Shown here: piece after piece, positions 23,737-34,359 of the stretch | Position numbering within the stretch: the stretch's first letter is position 1 | Layout of the letters: the number at the start of each line of letters is the position of its first letter | DNA from: Chiloscyllium plagiosum | Taxonomy: Eukaryota | DNA length: 64,000 nt | Assembly: GCF_004010195.1 (NCBI RefSeq) | Contig: NC_057749.1 | Location: 20,506,095-20,570,094 of the forward strand | Reading direction: 5' to 3' | Notes under the pieces: model-generated | Databases searched by the model: none | Seen by the model: the letters and a program-made list of their open reading frames with translations, nothing else | What the model was told of the DNA's origin: nothing | Program-made: the position numbers and the translations under genes

Positions 23737-23992
23737 CACCACAAATAACCTTCAGGTTACATTAAAATGGTATAACAATGCAAAAACATCAGAAAAATAT
23801 AGAATAGTCCTTGCTGCCTCTTTAATATACCAATAAGACAATGTACAAGTAACAATACATGAAATACAGGAGATGAAAACACACTATTGTTACATTAAAA
23901 TACCCACATTCTCCACTCCTTCCTTCCAAACACAGACCATCTCACTCACATCTGCAAATATTGATTTCCCTTACAAGAGTTCAGGATGTTTG

Positions 23993-24049
23993 TCACTTCT
24001 CACTATTTTTCACATATCTCTCAATAATCTTCATTAATAATCCCGTACC
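23993..24049 (-). CDS. NMB: Neuromedin B precursor, coding exon 3
   Basis: Acceptor tctttcctcccctag then GTGLLMKIIERYVKNSEK*; phase 0 matches exon 2. Confidence 0.8.
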   Translation of the reverse strand, partial: GTGLLMKIIERYVKNSEK

Positions 24050-24419
24050 CTAGGGGAGGAAAGATAATACAAACATGTCACATACAGTTTACAATCTCCA
24101 TCCGGAGATAAGTATATAAAGCTCAGACAGAACACAGATAATCCTCTCCTTGTTACAAACCCAATCGATATCCTTGTACAAATTCATCAGGTTTAGTAAC
24201 TTTCAGATGCGATTTCCTCCAGGTCTTTCATAAAGCCAGTGTGAATGATCCTAAGTGCTTTGAATAGACCAATGCCCTGACTGGCAATTACTTTGTTGAA
24301 CATCTTACCGTCAGCTCTGTGGCCAATTACTAATCTCATGTACTTTGGTGACAGTATCCAGATAAGGTGGGTATAGATGATCCAGAATGCAATGATTTCT
24401 TCATACTTAGGGGAGACAT

Positions 24420-24800
24420 CAGTCAAGACTAATTAGACTGGGTCAGCAACTGAGATATCTGAAGGGGCTGAATGGACTCTGTTGGCCTGAAGGGACTGAA
24501 TGGTCATTGGGATAGTCAGAAGGGGCTGAATGGCCTGGGTTAGTTACTGGGATAGTCTGAAGGGGCTGAATAGCCTGGGTTAGTCACTGGGATAGCCTGA
24601 AGGGGCTGAATGGCTGGGTTAGTTAGTGGGATAGTCTGAAGGGGCTGAATACCCTGAGTCAGCTACTGGGGTAGTCTGAGTGGGCTGGGTCAGTTACTGG
24701 GATAGTCTGAACATGCTTAATGGCCTGGGCAAGTCTCTTGGAAAGTCTGAGCAGGCTGAATAGCCTGGGTCAGACCCTGGGATAGTCTGAAGGGGTTGGA
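24420..24800. repeat. 40-bp minisatellite (about 9 diverged copies) in NMB intron 2
   Basis: Unit GGGATAGTCTGAAGGGGCTGAATGGCCTGGGTTAGTTACT starting at 24509, 24549, 24589, 24628, 24668... Confidence 0.9.
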
Positions 24801-25028
24801 TCTGGCAGGTGTGGAGATAGGAGCCAAAACAGTCACTCGAGTTGATGGTGTGGGTGTGAATTTATCAGGCAGGCTGCCTTGACCAATGACCCAGAGAAAC
24901 TGGAAGTTGTCGATTTTGGAAATAAAAAGCAGACATAGAAGCTGGAAAAGAGGTGCTCCAGGCTCTGGGTGCCAGCTCTCTCAGTTTCTCTGGGTTTAAA
25001 TAACCCCCCCACACTGCCTGCTTCCTAC

Positions 25029-25216
25029 CTCAGTGACAGTGTTGAGGGTGAGCTGGTTTCCTCCTTGTTCCTGGGGCAGGCCGCTGTCCAGCATCTTCAG
25101 GATGAACAGATTCTGCAAATCCCTGGCAGCATCAGAGGGCTCCAGCGAGAGTCTCGCTGGAGAGGCATTGTATCCCTCTGGATAGTCAAAGAGGCTTTTC
25201 TTGCCCATAAAGTGTC
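25029..25216 (-). CDS. NMB: Neuromedin B precursor, coding exon 2
   Basis: Acceptor ttttttttag then (G)HFMGKKSLFDYPEG...TLNTVTE, donor GTAGGA; amidation/cleavage signal GKK. Confidence 0.93.
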
Positions 25217-25460
25217 CTAAAAAAAAAGCAGCAAGAAATAAATGTAACGTGTATAGCTGTGGTGGCCACTGTAGACAAGATGTAACCTCTCCTCTCATCA
25301 CTCCACACCACCAGACTGAACCTGCCTTCAGAGAACAGGTCCCCAGCAACAGGTCGCCAGTATTTCCCTCGCCATCTCTCCTAACCTCCTGCAATTTTCT
25401 CCACATCATTATCAGATCTCTCTGTCTTTGGCCATTCAAGCCTAGCTGCTTTTATTTGGC

Positions 25461-25530
25461 CGGGGTGGGGGGGGGGGGGGTGGGGGGGGGGGTGGGCGTT
25501 GGTGGTGGGGGTGGGAGGAGGAGGACAGGG
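25461..25530. repeat. Long G-run (G-quadruplex-forming potential) in NMB intron 1
   Basis: GGGGTGGGGGGGGGGGGGGTGGGGGGGGGGGTGGG... Confidence 0.7.
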
Positions 25531-25667
25531 GAAGCTATCAGAATACAACGCCCTCTCCCATTCACTGTGAGAATGGAGACTCCTTGCACTAAATAGGTAA
25601 TAATGAGAACCCCAGACAGAGAGAAAAGTCACCAGCTGAATTAAAATCCAAAACTAATTTGAGTTTT

Positions 25668-25990
25668 GGAAACAAAGACAGAAGTTGCTGGGAAAGCACA
25701 GCAGGTCTGGCAGCATCTGTGAAGAGAAATCAGAGTTAATGTTTCGGGTTTGGTGACCCTTACCTCAGAACTGCTGGTAGTCAGGAAAATGTTGGTTTTA
25801 ATGCAGAAGATAACGTGTCAGTCCAACTATTCTACTCTCTCTTTGGGCTCTACCACCACCTATCGTTTACCCCTTACCTCCCCTCCCCTCCATCCTATCT
25901 CCACAAATCCTGCCAGAGCTACTGAGCTTTTCCAGCAATTTCTGTTTTTGTTTCTGACTTACAGCATCCACAGTTCTTACGTTTTTTATT
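25668..25990. mobile_element. Fold-back PLE family D terminus in NMB intron 1; related copies at 28290-28390, 37960-38080 and 41700-41940
   Basis: ACAGAAGTTGCTGGGAAAGCACAGCAGGTCTGGCAG versus CTGCCAGAGCTACTGAGCTTTTCCAGCAATTTCTGT; degenerate hammerhead on the minus strand at ~25735-25772. Confidence 0.7.
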
Positions 25991-26384
25991 CTTTTAGTTT
26001 GAGTTTCAATTGAAATAAACATTTCTACATTTATAAAATCCCTGAGGACCACCCTGACCTCAGTTTTGGTCCCATTCCAGTTACATCCACTCCTTTCCCC
26101 CAGTTTCAAGCCTCACTCCCAGTTCTAGGCAGAATTTGTCCTTTGGGTCTCCTGTCAGTTATCCCCGTTCTCTGAAGCCTGTCTCCAATGGGCACAGCTG
26201 AGGAAAGAGCCCTTCTGAAGTCGTCACTAGGTCAGTGTGGTGGAATTCCCTCCCTAACAGCGCACAGAACTCAAGACGGCAGTTCATCACCATCACCTTC
26301 TCCAGGGCAACTAGGGATGGACAATAAATGATGACCCAGTCGGCGATGCCCACATCTCAGGAATGAATAAAAAGGTCTGAGACC

Positions 26385-26930
26385 AGGACACAGTGACAGC
26401 ACATACAGACAGACACACACACACAGATAAACATAGAGAGAAAAAACACTCATACAAACAGACACACAAACACAGAAACCCACGCACAGAAACACCGAGA
26501 TACACAGGCAGACATCAATGCAGTCACAAAGACAAAACACAGATAGACATAGACAGAAAGCATGGGCACTAACACAGACAAACAGACTCACTGACAGGNN
26601 NNNNNNNNNNNNNNNNNNNNNNNNNNNAGATAAATACACAGATACATACAGAGCGAAACCACACAGACAGACACATATATACACACACCCACAGGAAAAC
26701 CAGACAGATACATAGATATATACACTCAGATAAACCACAGAGAGACACAGAAACCACAGAGAGACACAGATATATACATAGGCACACACAAACACACACA
26801 GATACGACACACTTAGACATATACATAAAGATAAACACACAGGTACACACAGAGAGAAACCACATAGTCAGACACATACATACACAGAGAGAGTAACATA
26901 GACCCACTCAGAACATACAGACACAGAACA
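26385..26930. repeat. CA/GA-rich low-complexity tract in NMB intron 1
   Basis: Degenerate (ACAG/ACAC/AGAT)n; includes an N gap at 26599-26627. Confidence 0.85.
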
Positions 26931-26953
26931 TAAAAGATCTGTCAGCTTCTTAC

Positions 26954-27119
26954 CTGTTGCCCACAGATTCCCCCTCGGGTTGACTTTGATTTTGGAAACT
27001 TTGTTCCTGAGTTCGGTGAGGTCCAGGCTGACTGAGGCGGTGACAGACAACCAAGAGAACACGACCAGGTAAAGCAGCAAACTGAGGTGCCCCATACTGT
27101 GGACAGAGGGTGTAGCCAT
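26954..27119 (-). CDS. NMB: Neuromedin B precursor, coding exon 1
   Basis: MATPSVHSMGHLSLLLYLVVFSWLSVTASVSLDLTELRNKVSKIKVNPRGNLWAT+G, donor GTAAG. Signal peptide followed by R|GNLWATG, which joins exon 2 to give GNLWATGHFM-GKK (NMB, not GRP GNHWAVGHLM). Confidence 0.95.
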
Positions 27120-27239
27120 GGGGAGGGAGAGCGCCGGTCCTGTTTCTCTGCCTCTGTGTGTGTGTGGGGAGGAGGTGGTGTGTATAGGTATGTGGGTGCC
27201 TTGTCTGAGTCTCTCCCGGGTACTCCTGCCTCTGACTGG

Positions 27240-27345
27240 CCGCTTCATGGCCCGGGAGCTGGGTTTTATACCCGGGGCAGCTGACGGCTGCGGTGGGCGG
27301 CGCTGAGGGGGGTGGGCAGGGGCGGGGGAAGGGGAGGGGGAGAGG
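27240..27345 (-). promoter_or_regulatory. NMB core promoter
   Basis: TATAAAA at 27270-27264 (minus), TGACG half-CRE at 27282-27286, GC boxes GGGCGG at ~27295 and ~27320. Confidence 0.7.
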
Positions 27346-28829
27346 GGAACACATTGACAGAAAGCCACAGACAGAGAGAGAATCAGAGAGAGAGAGAGAG
27401 TGAAAGGAGCAAAGTGAGGATCGAGGAGAGGGGGTAACTGGGGGATTGAAATCCCCCAGAGTAGCTCAGCCCTACCCTGGACAGAGTGAATTCCAGCTCC
27501 GAGAACCGACCTGGGTTAGAGCCCGTTCGTGAATGGGCCAAATGTGCCGCTATGTCGCTGCAATGTACTTCCCCCTGGGCTGGGGGGGGGATTAGATAAA
27601 GGCTGGAAATCAAGGGGAAAAGACATTACAGATGTAATGTGGGGAGCGAGCCGGGGAGTTCTTCCTCCGGGCTAGCAGGGAGACGCGGGCCGAATAGCTC
27701 CATTCTGTGCTTGGAGCTGCTTGGAGAAAAAAAAATAACAGATTGATTCAAACCATTTCAGTGAGGCGCCTGTCTCTCCTAAAGGAAGCGCCCCCATTAA
27801 TGAACATTGCTTATTTTTCCCTGAATAGTGTGTAAACAGTGACATATTAGCAGACAACTCTCTCTCTCTCTCGAGTGAATTACACTCAGTACAGAGACTC
27901 TGCAAAACAAACTCAACAGAATCCCGAAGCCTTTCCTTTTCTCAGCCAGCCACTATTCCAGTTAACCTTCACATGAAGTCCTTGCTGGTTAATTTTTACC
28001 GTTCAACTTTGAGACGCGTATCTCTTGCTAAATTCGGCTCCCCCCCCCAAACTCTGTTTCCACAATCTCTTAAACCTTGGTCCCTAATTCCTGGGTACAC
28101 AGCCCACTCAGCTCCCGCTCCAACACATTTTGCAAATTAAATTGTTATCATTTTCTCGTGCTAGGGATCTGAGATCTGGGGATTTATTATCGAAATATAA
28201 TAATAGTTAAATTATGTGGAAAGGAATAGCTAAAAGTGTTTTAAAAGTCTGACAGTGTCGTTATTCATATCGGTTAGAATTGGACTCAACTGTTCTGGAG
28301 AATACTCCCAAAACATTAACCCTGTTGCTCTCTTCACAGATGCTGCTAGATCTGATTTCCGGTTTCCAGCATCCTCTGTATTTTGCTTTTAAAAAGCTAA
28401 CAGATTCTGCCTTTAGAAAATTCCTTTAGCCGTTTAATGCTCTCATTTCATCCCCTCCCTTTTCAGTAATCCTAAACATTTTGTAATTGCTCTTTTGAGT
28501 TGTAAAGACAAATTTGTATTCAGACCCCAAAACACGAGTAATGAATTACTTTATCTCTAGCATTGCTGAGAAACAACAAATTTTGTTGAAGCTTTTCATC
28601 AGTACGAGAAATACCAAGTTAAGGGGAAACATTTATACTGCATCAGAGGAGAGCACTGACTGGTTACAAGTGCACTGATTGCTGGAGGCATCGTCATTGA
28701 GAATGCACCAACTCATGATGATTGACAGTTAACTGCCAGGATTTGTTTAAACTTTTTCTCTGTAGTAAGTCACTTCAATCATCCCAAAGTTGACTCAGTT
28801 GGCTTTGGAATTTGGGTTCAAATGCTGTT

Positions 28830-29150
28830 CCAAGGGGCTCGAGCTCAAAAATGGAGGCTGTCTCTCTACTTGATTATAGAGAGAGTGCCACGCTGTCTCC
28901 TGGGTGAGACATTAATTGGAATTGTGTCTAACTGAACCTGGCTGGACTAGCTTTGGAGAATGAGCTGCTGTAACTGTATCAAAGACACTACTCTGAAGAA
29001 AAGCCAGTAAACTCTCCTTGGGGACCTGGCCGATACTTATCCCTCAATCAGAAAGAAACAGATTACCTGGTCATTATTGCATTTCTTGCATTATAAACAG
29101 TAACAACACTTCAAAAGTTTCTCTTTGTCTGTAAAGTGATTTGATATCTA
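28830..29150 (+). mobile_element. DeuSINE (SacSINE1-like), decayed; related fragments at ~5175-5295, 48420-48590 and 50040-50170
   Basis: GGTGAGACATTAA...CCTGGCCGATACTTATCCCTCAA...CAGATTACCTGGTCATT...CACTTCAAAAG...TATAATTGCAAGTC resembles the Deu domain plus tail. Confidence 0.6.
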
Positions 29151-29189
29151 GTAATTTTGAAGGTGCTGTATAATTGCAAGTCTTTTATT

Positions 29190-29730
29190 CATATGGGTGG
29201 CACTGACTAGGCCTAGCATTTATTATCCATTCCTAGTTGCCTTTGAGAAGGTAGTGGTGAACTGCCTTCTTGAACTGTTGCAGTTGTAGAAACACCCTCA
29301 GTGTTGACTTCCAGGGTTTTGACCCAGTGATAGTGAAAGAACTGTGGTGTATTTCCAAATCAGGATGGTAAGTGGCTCAGAGGCGATCTTGTAGGTAGTG
29401 CTATTCCCATGTATCAGCCACCTGGTCATAATACCAGAGGTTTGGAGGGTGCTGTCTGAGGATCTTTGGTGAATTTCTGCAGTGCATCTTGTAGATTGTA
29501 CACACTGCTGCTGCTGCTGAGCGTGGTGGTGGAGGGAGTGGATGCAGTGTCAATCAAGAGGGCTGCTTTGTCCTGGATGGTGTTGATCTTACACCCATTC
29601 AGGCAAGTGGGGAGTATTCCATCACATTCCTGACTTATGCCTTGTAGATGGTGGACAGGCTTTGGGGGAAATCAGGAGATGAGTTACTTACAGCAGTATT
29701 CCTAGCCTCTGATTGCTCTTGTAGATACAG
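29190..29730 (-). mobile_element. L2/CR1-clade LINE 3' fragment
   Basis: Reverse strand reads ...TIYKA*VRNVMEYSPLA...; the 3' tail matches the SINE tails at 22870 and 26230-26370. Confidence 0.65.
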
Positions 29731-29809
29731 TATTGATATGGCTGCAGTTAGTATGCAGAGAATAATCGCCTGTTTAGCAGGGAACCCAAATCCGAGCGTC
29801 TAACTGGTC

Positions 29810-29900
29810 CGTATGCAAAATGATTTACATCAGGAAGTTTGACAGGTCAAAGTAGGTCAGCGCTATTGGTCCGAGTACTGATCTTTCATTGTGATTTACT
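29810..29900. promoter_or_regulatory. Candidate NMB upstream enhancer with a perfect DR4/RORE element
   Basis: AGGTCA-aagt-AGGTCA at 29844-29859, TGATTTAC at 29821-29828 and 29892-29899, CAGGAAGT at 29831-29838, TGACAG at 29840-29845, all in non-repetitive DNA. Confidence 0.5.
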
Positions 29901-30211
29901 AAATATTCCTGGCCCACATTTATCATACATTCCCATTACAGAGACAGAGTGAGAGAGAGAGAGAGAGAAAAAAAAACAATTAAATCAATGAAGTGAGGTC
30001 AGAGACAGGTAAACTCTGCAAGGATCAATGAGCCAGGCTGAATACTGTCAGACCTGAAACGTGTTTCTCTTACCATAGACATTGCCAGACCTTTCCCTGA
30101 GCTCAGTTCCAGGGGTTTGACCTGAATTAATGAATTGAGTATTTCCACACCCACACCCTACCCCCACCCCCCCTGCTTCTGGGGTCAGTCAGGCTGACTG
30201 GCAGCAATGGG

Positions 30212-30352
30212 GTAAAAACAATGACTGCAGATGCTGGAAACCAGATTCTGGATTAGAGTGGCGCTGGAAAAGCACAGCCGGTCAGGCAGCATCCGAGAAG
30301 TAGGAAAACCGATGTTTTAGGCAAAAGCCCTTCATCCTGCTCCTCGGATGCT
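30212..30352 (-). mobile_element. PLE family A terminus with short fold-back
   Basis: ACTGCAGATGCTGG...GCCCTTCATC followed by CTGCTCCTCGGATGCT; flanked by a repeated CTGACTGGCAGCAATGG. Confidence 0.75.
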
Positions 30353-31689
30353 CCCTGACTGGCAGCAATGGAATACCCTCTCCTGAACACTCACTATCCT
30401 GACTTGATGAGGAACCATTTTGTTTGGAGAGGTAGTGTTGATTAAAGCGAGAAATGGGTGAAACTGAATTCTATTAACAACCAAAGGCTTGCTTGGTGGT
30501 CTGGTTTGTGCTCGCCCTAACAGCAGCTGTGATTTGAGAATCAAAGGCTCTGAGGGTTAATTCTGAATCAATGACAACTTATTAAACCGATCTCCTTAGT
30601 TCAGGACCCACCCAGTATAGGGCTTTTGTAATGCAGTGGTAGTGCTCCTACCTCAGAGTCAAAAGACCAAAGTTCAAGTCTCAGAGGTGTGTAATAACAT
30701 CTCTGATCAGGTTATTTAGGGAAATATCAACAACATTTGACTGGATATCAGATCCTTCTAAAAGGTGCCAACCAAAGCCCACCTGTCCTAGCCGGGATTT
30801 TAATGGGATTGTGTGTGTGTGTGTGTGTGTGGATGGTGGTGAATGGTAACACTACACCACTGGGTTCCTATGAGAGAGTTGTTGGAGATTTAATCCACTT
30901 GCCTTGAGCTGAGAGATTGCAGGATCATAACAGAAATGAAATACTCATAGTTCCAGCTAGTAAATTGCCACTTAGTACCAGCTTTGATCACAGGGTTATA
31001 GGGAGAGGTGATGTGTTTTTAAAGTAAAACAAAAAGATGCCCAGAAAGTGGGCAGATAGCCATTGAAAGACTAACAGGAAGGAGACGATCAAAGCAACAG
31101 TTAAAGTAAGGTCAGCATCACTTTTCTCGTCTGGTATTTGTTGAGGAGTTCAATGCTGCATGGCTGACTGGAAGCTGTTAACAAGTTCTCAGCGTTTATG
31201 GTCTGTGAAGAGAACAGCCCAGACTGAGGAACCCCTCATCACACCCTGTGATATCAGTGAAAGACCCACATTAAGTTCTCAGCTTGATAGTGCCCCTTTC
31301 TCAGGGACAGGTAATCCCATGGAGTCCTCACAGATTGATTTAAAAGGAACCCTTGGTTTGCCAACAGGATTGAAGCTTGTAAAGGCCTCATAGACAGTTC
31401 TCTGCTCTTCCTGAGCAATCTTTAAGGACATCTTTCTGTCTTAAATATTTCCTTGTGGGAAATTAACACTGCATTTAACATTCATATTGAGCCTCCAGTC
31501 TCAGCTTTGAAGGTGGAAGTGACTTCTGTAAGGGATAATCCTATGGGCATAGAAACAGTGACTATGTGGGGAAAGACAGGGGAAACAGGAGTCTGGGATG
31601 ATGGTTGACACTAGTATTCTCCAGGAGCTGTTATAAGGAACACTGCTCTCTCTCACTACATTTAGGATCTTGTCTTGCATATAGTTCTC

Positions 31690-31940
31690 TCCATCAGCTC
31701 TCGACCCAGAGGCAGACTTGACCACACCACCACAGGGTAAAATTGCCACATTCTTACCAGACCACAGGGCTGCTCTCTCATTACAGAGACAGATGATTGG
31801 TGGTGTTTTAACCCGAGGGTCACCATACCTCAGGTGAGGGGAGAGGTTGAGGAGGTGACCTACCTGGTTACCTCAGCTAGTGCAACAATTGAGCCCATGC
31901 CATTGATATCACAAACCAGCCATCAAGCCAACTGAGCCCT
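31690..31940 (-). mobile_element. tRNA-derived SINE (third family), decayed
   Basis: Reverse complement begins GCTCAGTTGGCTTGATGGCTGGTTTGTG...GGGCTCAATT (A/B-box-like). Confidence 0.5.
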
Positions 31941-32384
31941 CTGCATGTAGGCAGGTCCGGAATTCACCTTAGCTGAAACAAGGAATCGAACCCTGTGCTG
32001 CTGGTACTAACCTGATCCAGCCGATCAAACCTACAATCTCCCCAGGTTGCTGCGGCAGTAACGTTTTTCCCAGCATGTTTCAGCCTGGAGCCATGGACAG
32101 TCACGGTAGAGGCTTCAGTTTCTTTTCATCATGTGATTGCCTGACCAAAATCCTCTCTCACTTTTACCACCTGCATTGGTGCATGGTGGGATGATTTAAC
32201 AAGTCAATCCTCAACCTCTCTGGCCAAGGAAGGTGTGTTCATACCATGGCCACCAGGGAGTCAACCTCAGAGCTTCTGTCTCAAAGGAAGGAAACCTGCA
32301 CACTGCGCCAGATTCCAAGTCAGTCCCTATGAAAACAAGTTGAAGGCTCCACCATCACTACACATAGCTCCAATCTTTCAGCGT

Positions 32385-32398
32385 GTTGCCATAGCAAC
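32385..32398. promoter_or_regulatory. RFX X-box consensus
   Basis: GTTGCCATAGCAAC matches GTTRCCATRGYAAC in unique DNA. Confidence 0.4.
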
Positions 32399-32952
32399 TC
32401 AAACTTGGAGTGACACAGCACCACTGCCACAATTGACAGACATTTTATGCATTTAGTCCTTTTCATATCCTTGGAAATTCACAGACCATTTTATAGCCAA
32501 ATTCATTATCTTAAATTTTGGTTAGTTTTGTTCTTAGTGTTACCAATTAGTGCATAGAAGGCTCCAGTAAATATTGTTATGTTGATTGAGGAATGATTCT
32601 GTTCTTCTTGGAGGTAATCCCATGGGATGGTTTACAACCACATTTGTGGAGCAGGACTTACTGCAACACATTGAAGCCCTCCACCTACCTTTGATACCAC
32701 AGTCAGTACTACTCTCAAGTCATTTGGTCTTTTCCTTTGTCTTTAATTTTTGGCCTAATAGATTTCTCATTCTTAAAGTTTATAGCACAGAGAAGGACTA
32801 CTGAATAGCATAATGTCCAAATGATCCTCTATTCTGATCTCTGCTCAGCCACTTCCTCTACCTCAACTAGGCTTTTGCTTTTTCAAATGCAGGCTGTCCT
32901 CTTGATTCTTTCCCCAGGAGAGAATACTGACACAGTGAGTGTTATTTACTTC

Positions 32953-33172
32953 GTGTCGAGTGTGTGGTGCTGGAAAAACACAGCAGGCCAGGCAGCATCA
33001 GAGGAGCAGGAGAATCGTCGTTTCGGGCATGAGCCCCTTCATCAGATTCCTGACGAAGGGCTTCTGCCCAAAACGTCGATTCTCCTGCCCCTCGGATGCC
33101 GCCTGACCTGCTGTGCTTTTCCAGCGCCACCCTCTCGACTCTGACCTCCAGCGTCTGCTGTCCTCACTTTCA
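32953..33172. mobile_element. Fold-back palindrome of the PLE family A terminus
   Basis: Two opposed hammerhead-like cores (both mutated) meet at ~33047; imperfect TSD TATTTACTTC / TATTTATTTC. Confidence 0.85.
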
Positions 33173-34359
33173 TCTATTTATTTCCCCTTGTGCCTCTTCA
33201 CAAAATTGCAACAAAGTGCAAAAGGTCCCAAATTCCACAGATGCTTTCAAAGCTGACCACAATTGAGAGCAAGGAGTGTGGAGCACTGTTCAACCTACTT
33301 CAGAGCAAAATGGGTAATAGGAAATGGAAACTAGTGGCTGCATGGTTTTTATTTTATCAAAGTCTGCAAGTACTCAGAAGACCAAGCAGAGAGAAATAAT
33401 TATTTGTTTCGGAACAATAACCTTTCTTAGTTTGCGTTTTACATCAATTTCTAACATTGACAGAATTTAGGTTTTGTATTACCGTGCAAATTTGCACAGT
33501 TGATTGAACAAAACATTAGGCTAACAAAGATCAGTACTGTACCAAAGTGAGACCCGCATATGTGACACCTGCTCACAAATCCAAGCAATTGCCAAATACA
33601 TACTGGTTCATAAGAGGCTTCTGAGGTTAAAATCTTCCACTTTCAAGTCTCCACAATTGCTGTTTTATGACAAGTATAATAAATATCTTGTTTCCAAGTC
33701 GTGGCCCAATCCCTCAGGTCCCTATATTTCTGAACTAGTTTGGTTTCTAAAATCTTGTAAAGATTGCTTTTAAGTGCAATCTGTACATTTTAACTGCTCA
33801 CATTTTACAGAAAAAAGTATTAAGTTATCTGTCGGATGCTTATCAAATAGAGTGCTCATCACTACATGGCTACAAATAGGTACAAGCCCTGAATTTATTG
33901 CCTGTCGCTGATAGGATCGGTTATTTCATTGCATTTTACATGACTCACCAACTCCCTTGAAATAAATCGTTAACTTTTCTTCAATTTCACCTTGTACATT
34001 TCAAGGCAACGTATATTCCTCATGGAGACATCTCCTTCTTCAACCATCAGATCAAACAGCCAAAAGAGACAAGCACATTGTCAAAAGGTTACATTTTCCA
34101 CACCTTAAAAAGATCAAATTACTTTGACTTTTGTTTTCAACAGGTTTCAGCTCCATGTCAAAAGCAAGACAGCTCTCACCTCCAGCTGAAAATTGTTAAC
34201 TCCCTACCTACAGATGGCTAACCTAATACTAAAAGTGCTTCAAATATCAGAATCAGAATTGACATATCAGGGAGTCAGCCTGATCCTACTTTAGCTTGGT
34301 GAGATAAAGGCAGTTTCAAAAGGTTTCAATTACATACAAGTTCATTTCAATTTAAAATG

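Noticed and set aside
26271-26907. Long Cys/Val-rich ORFs
   Set aside because: Translations of a CA/GA low-complexity tract.
27120-27368. N-terminally extended NMB ORF (upstream in-frame ATG at 27248)
   Set aside because: That ATG is only ~16 nt from the TATA box, so it is probably upstream of the transcription start, and the extension would bury the signal peptide.
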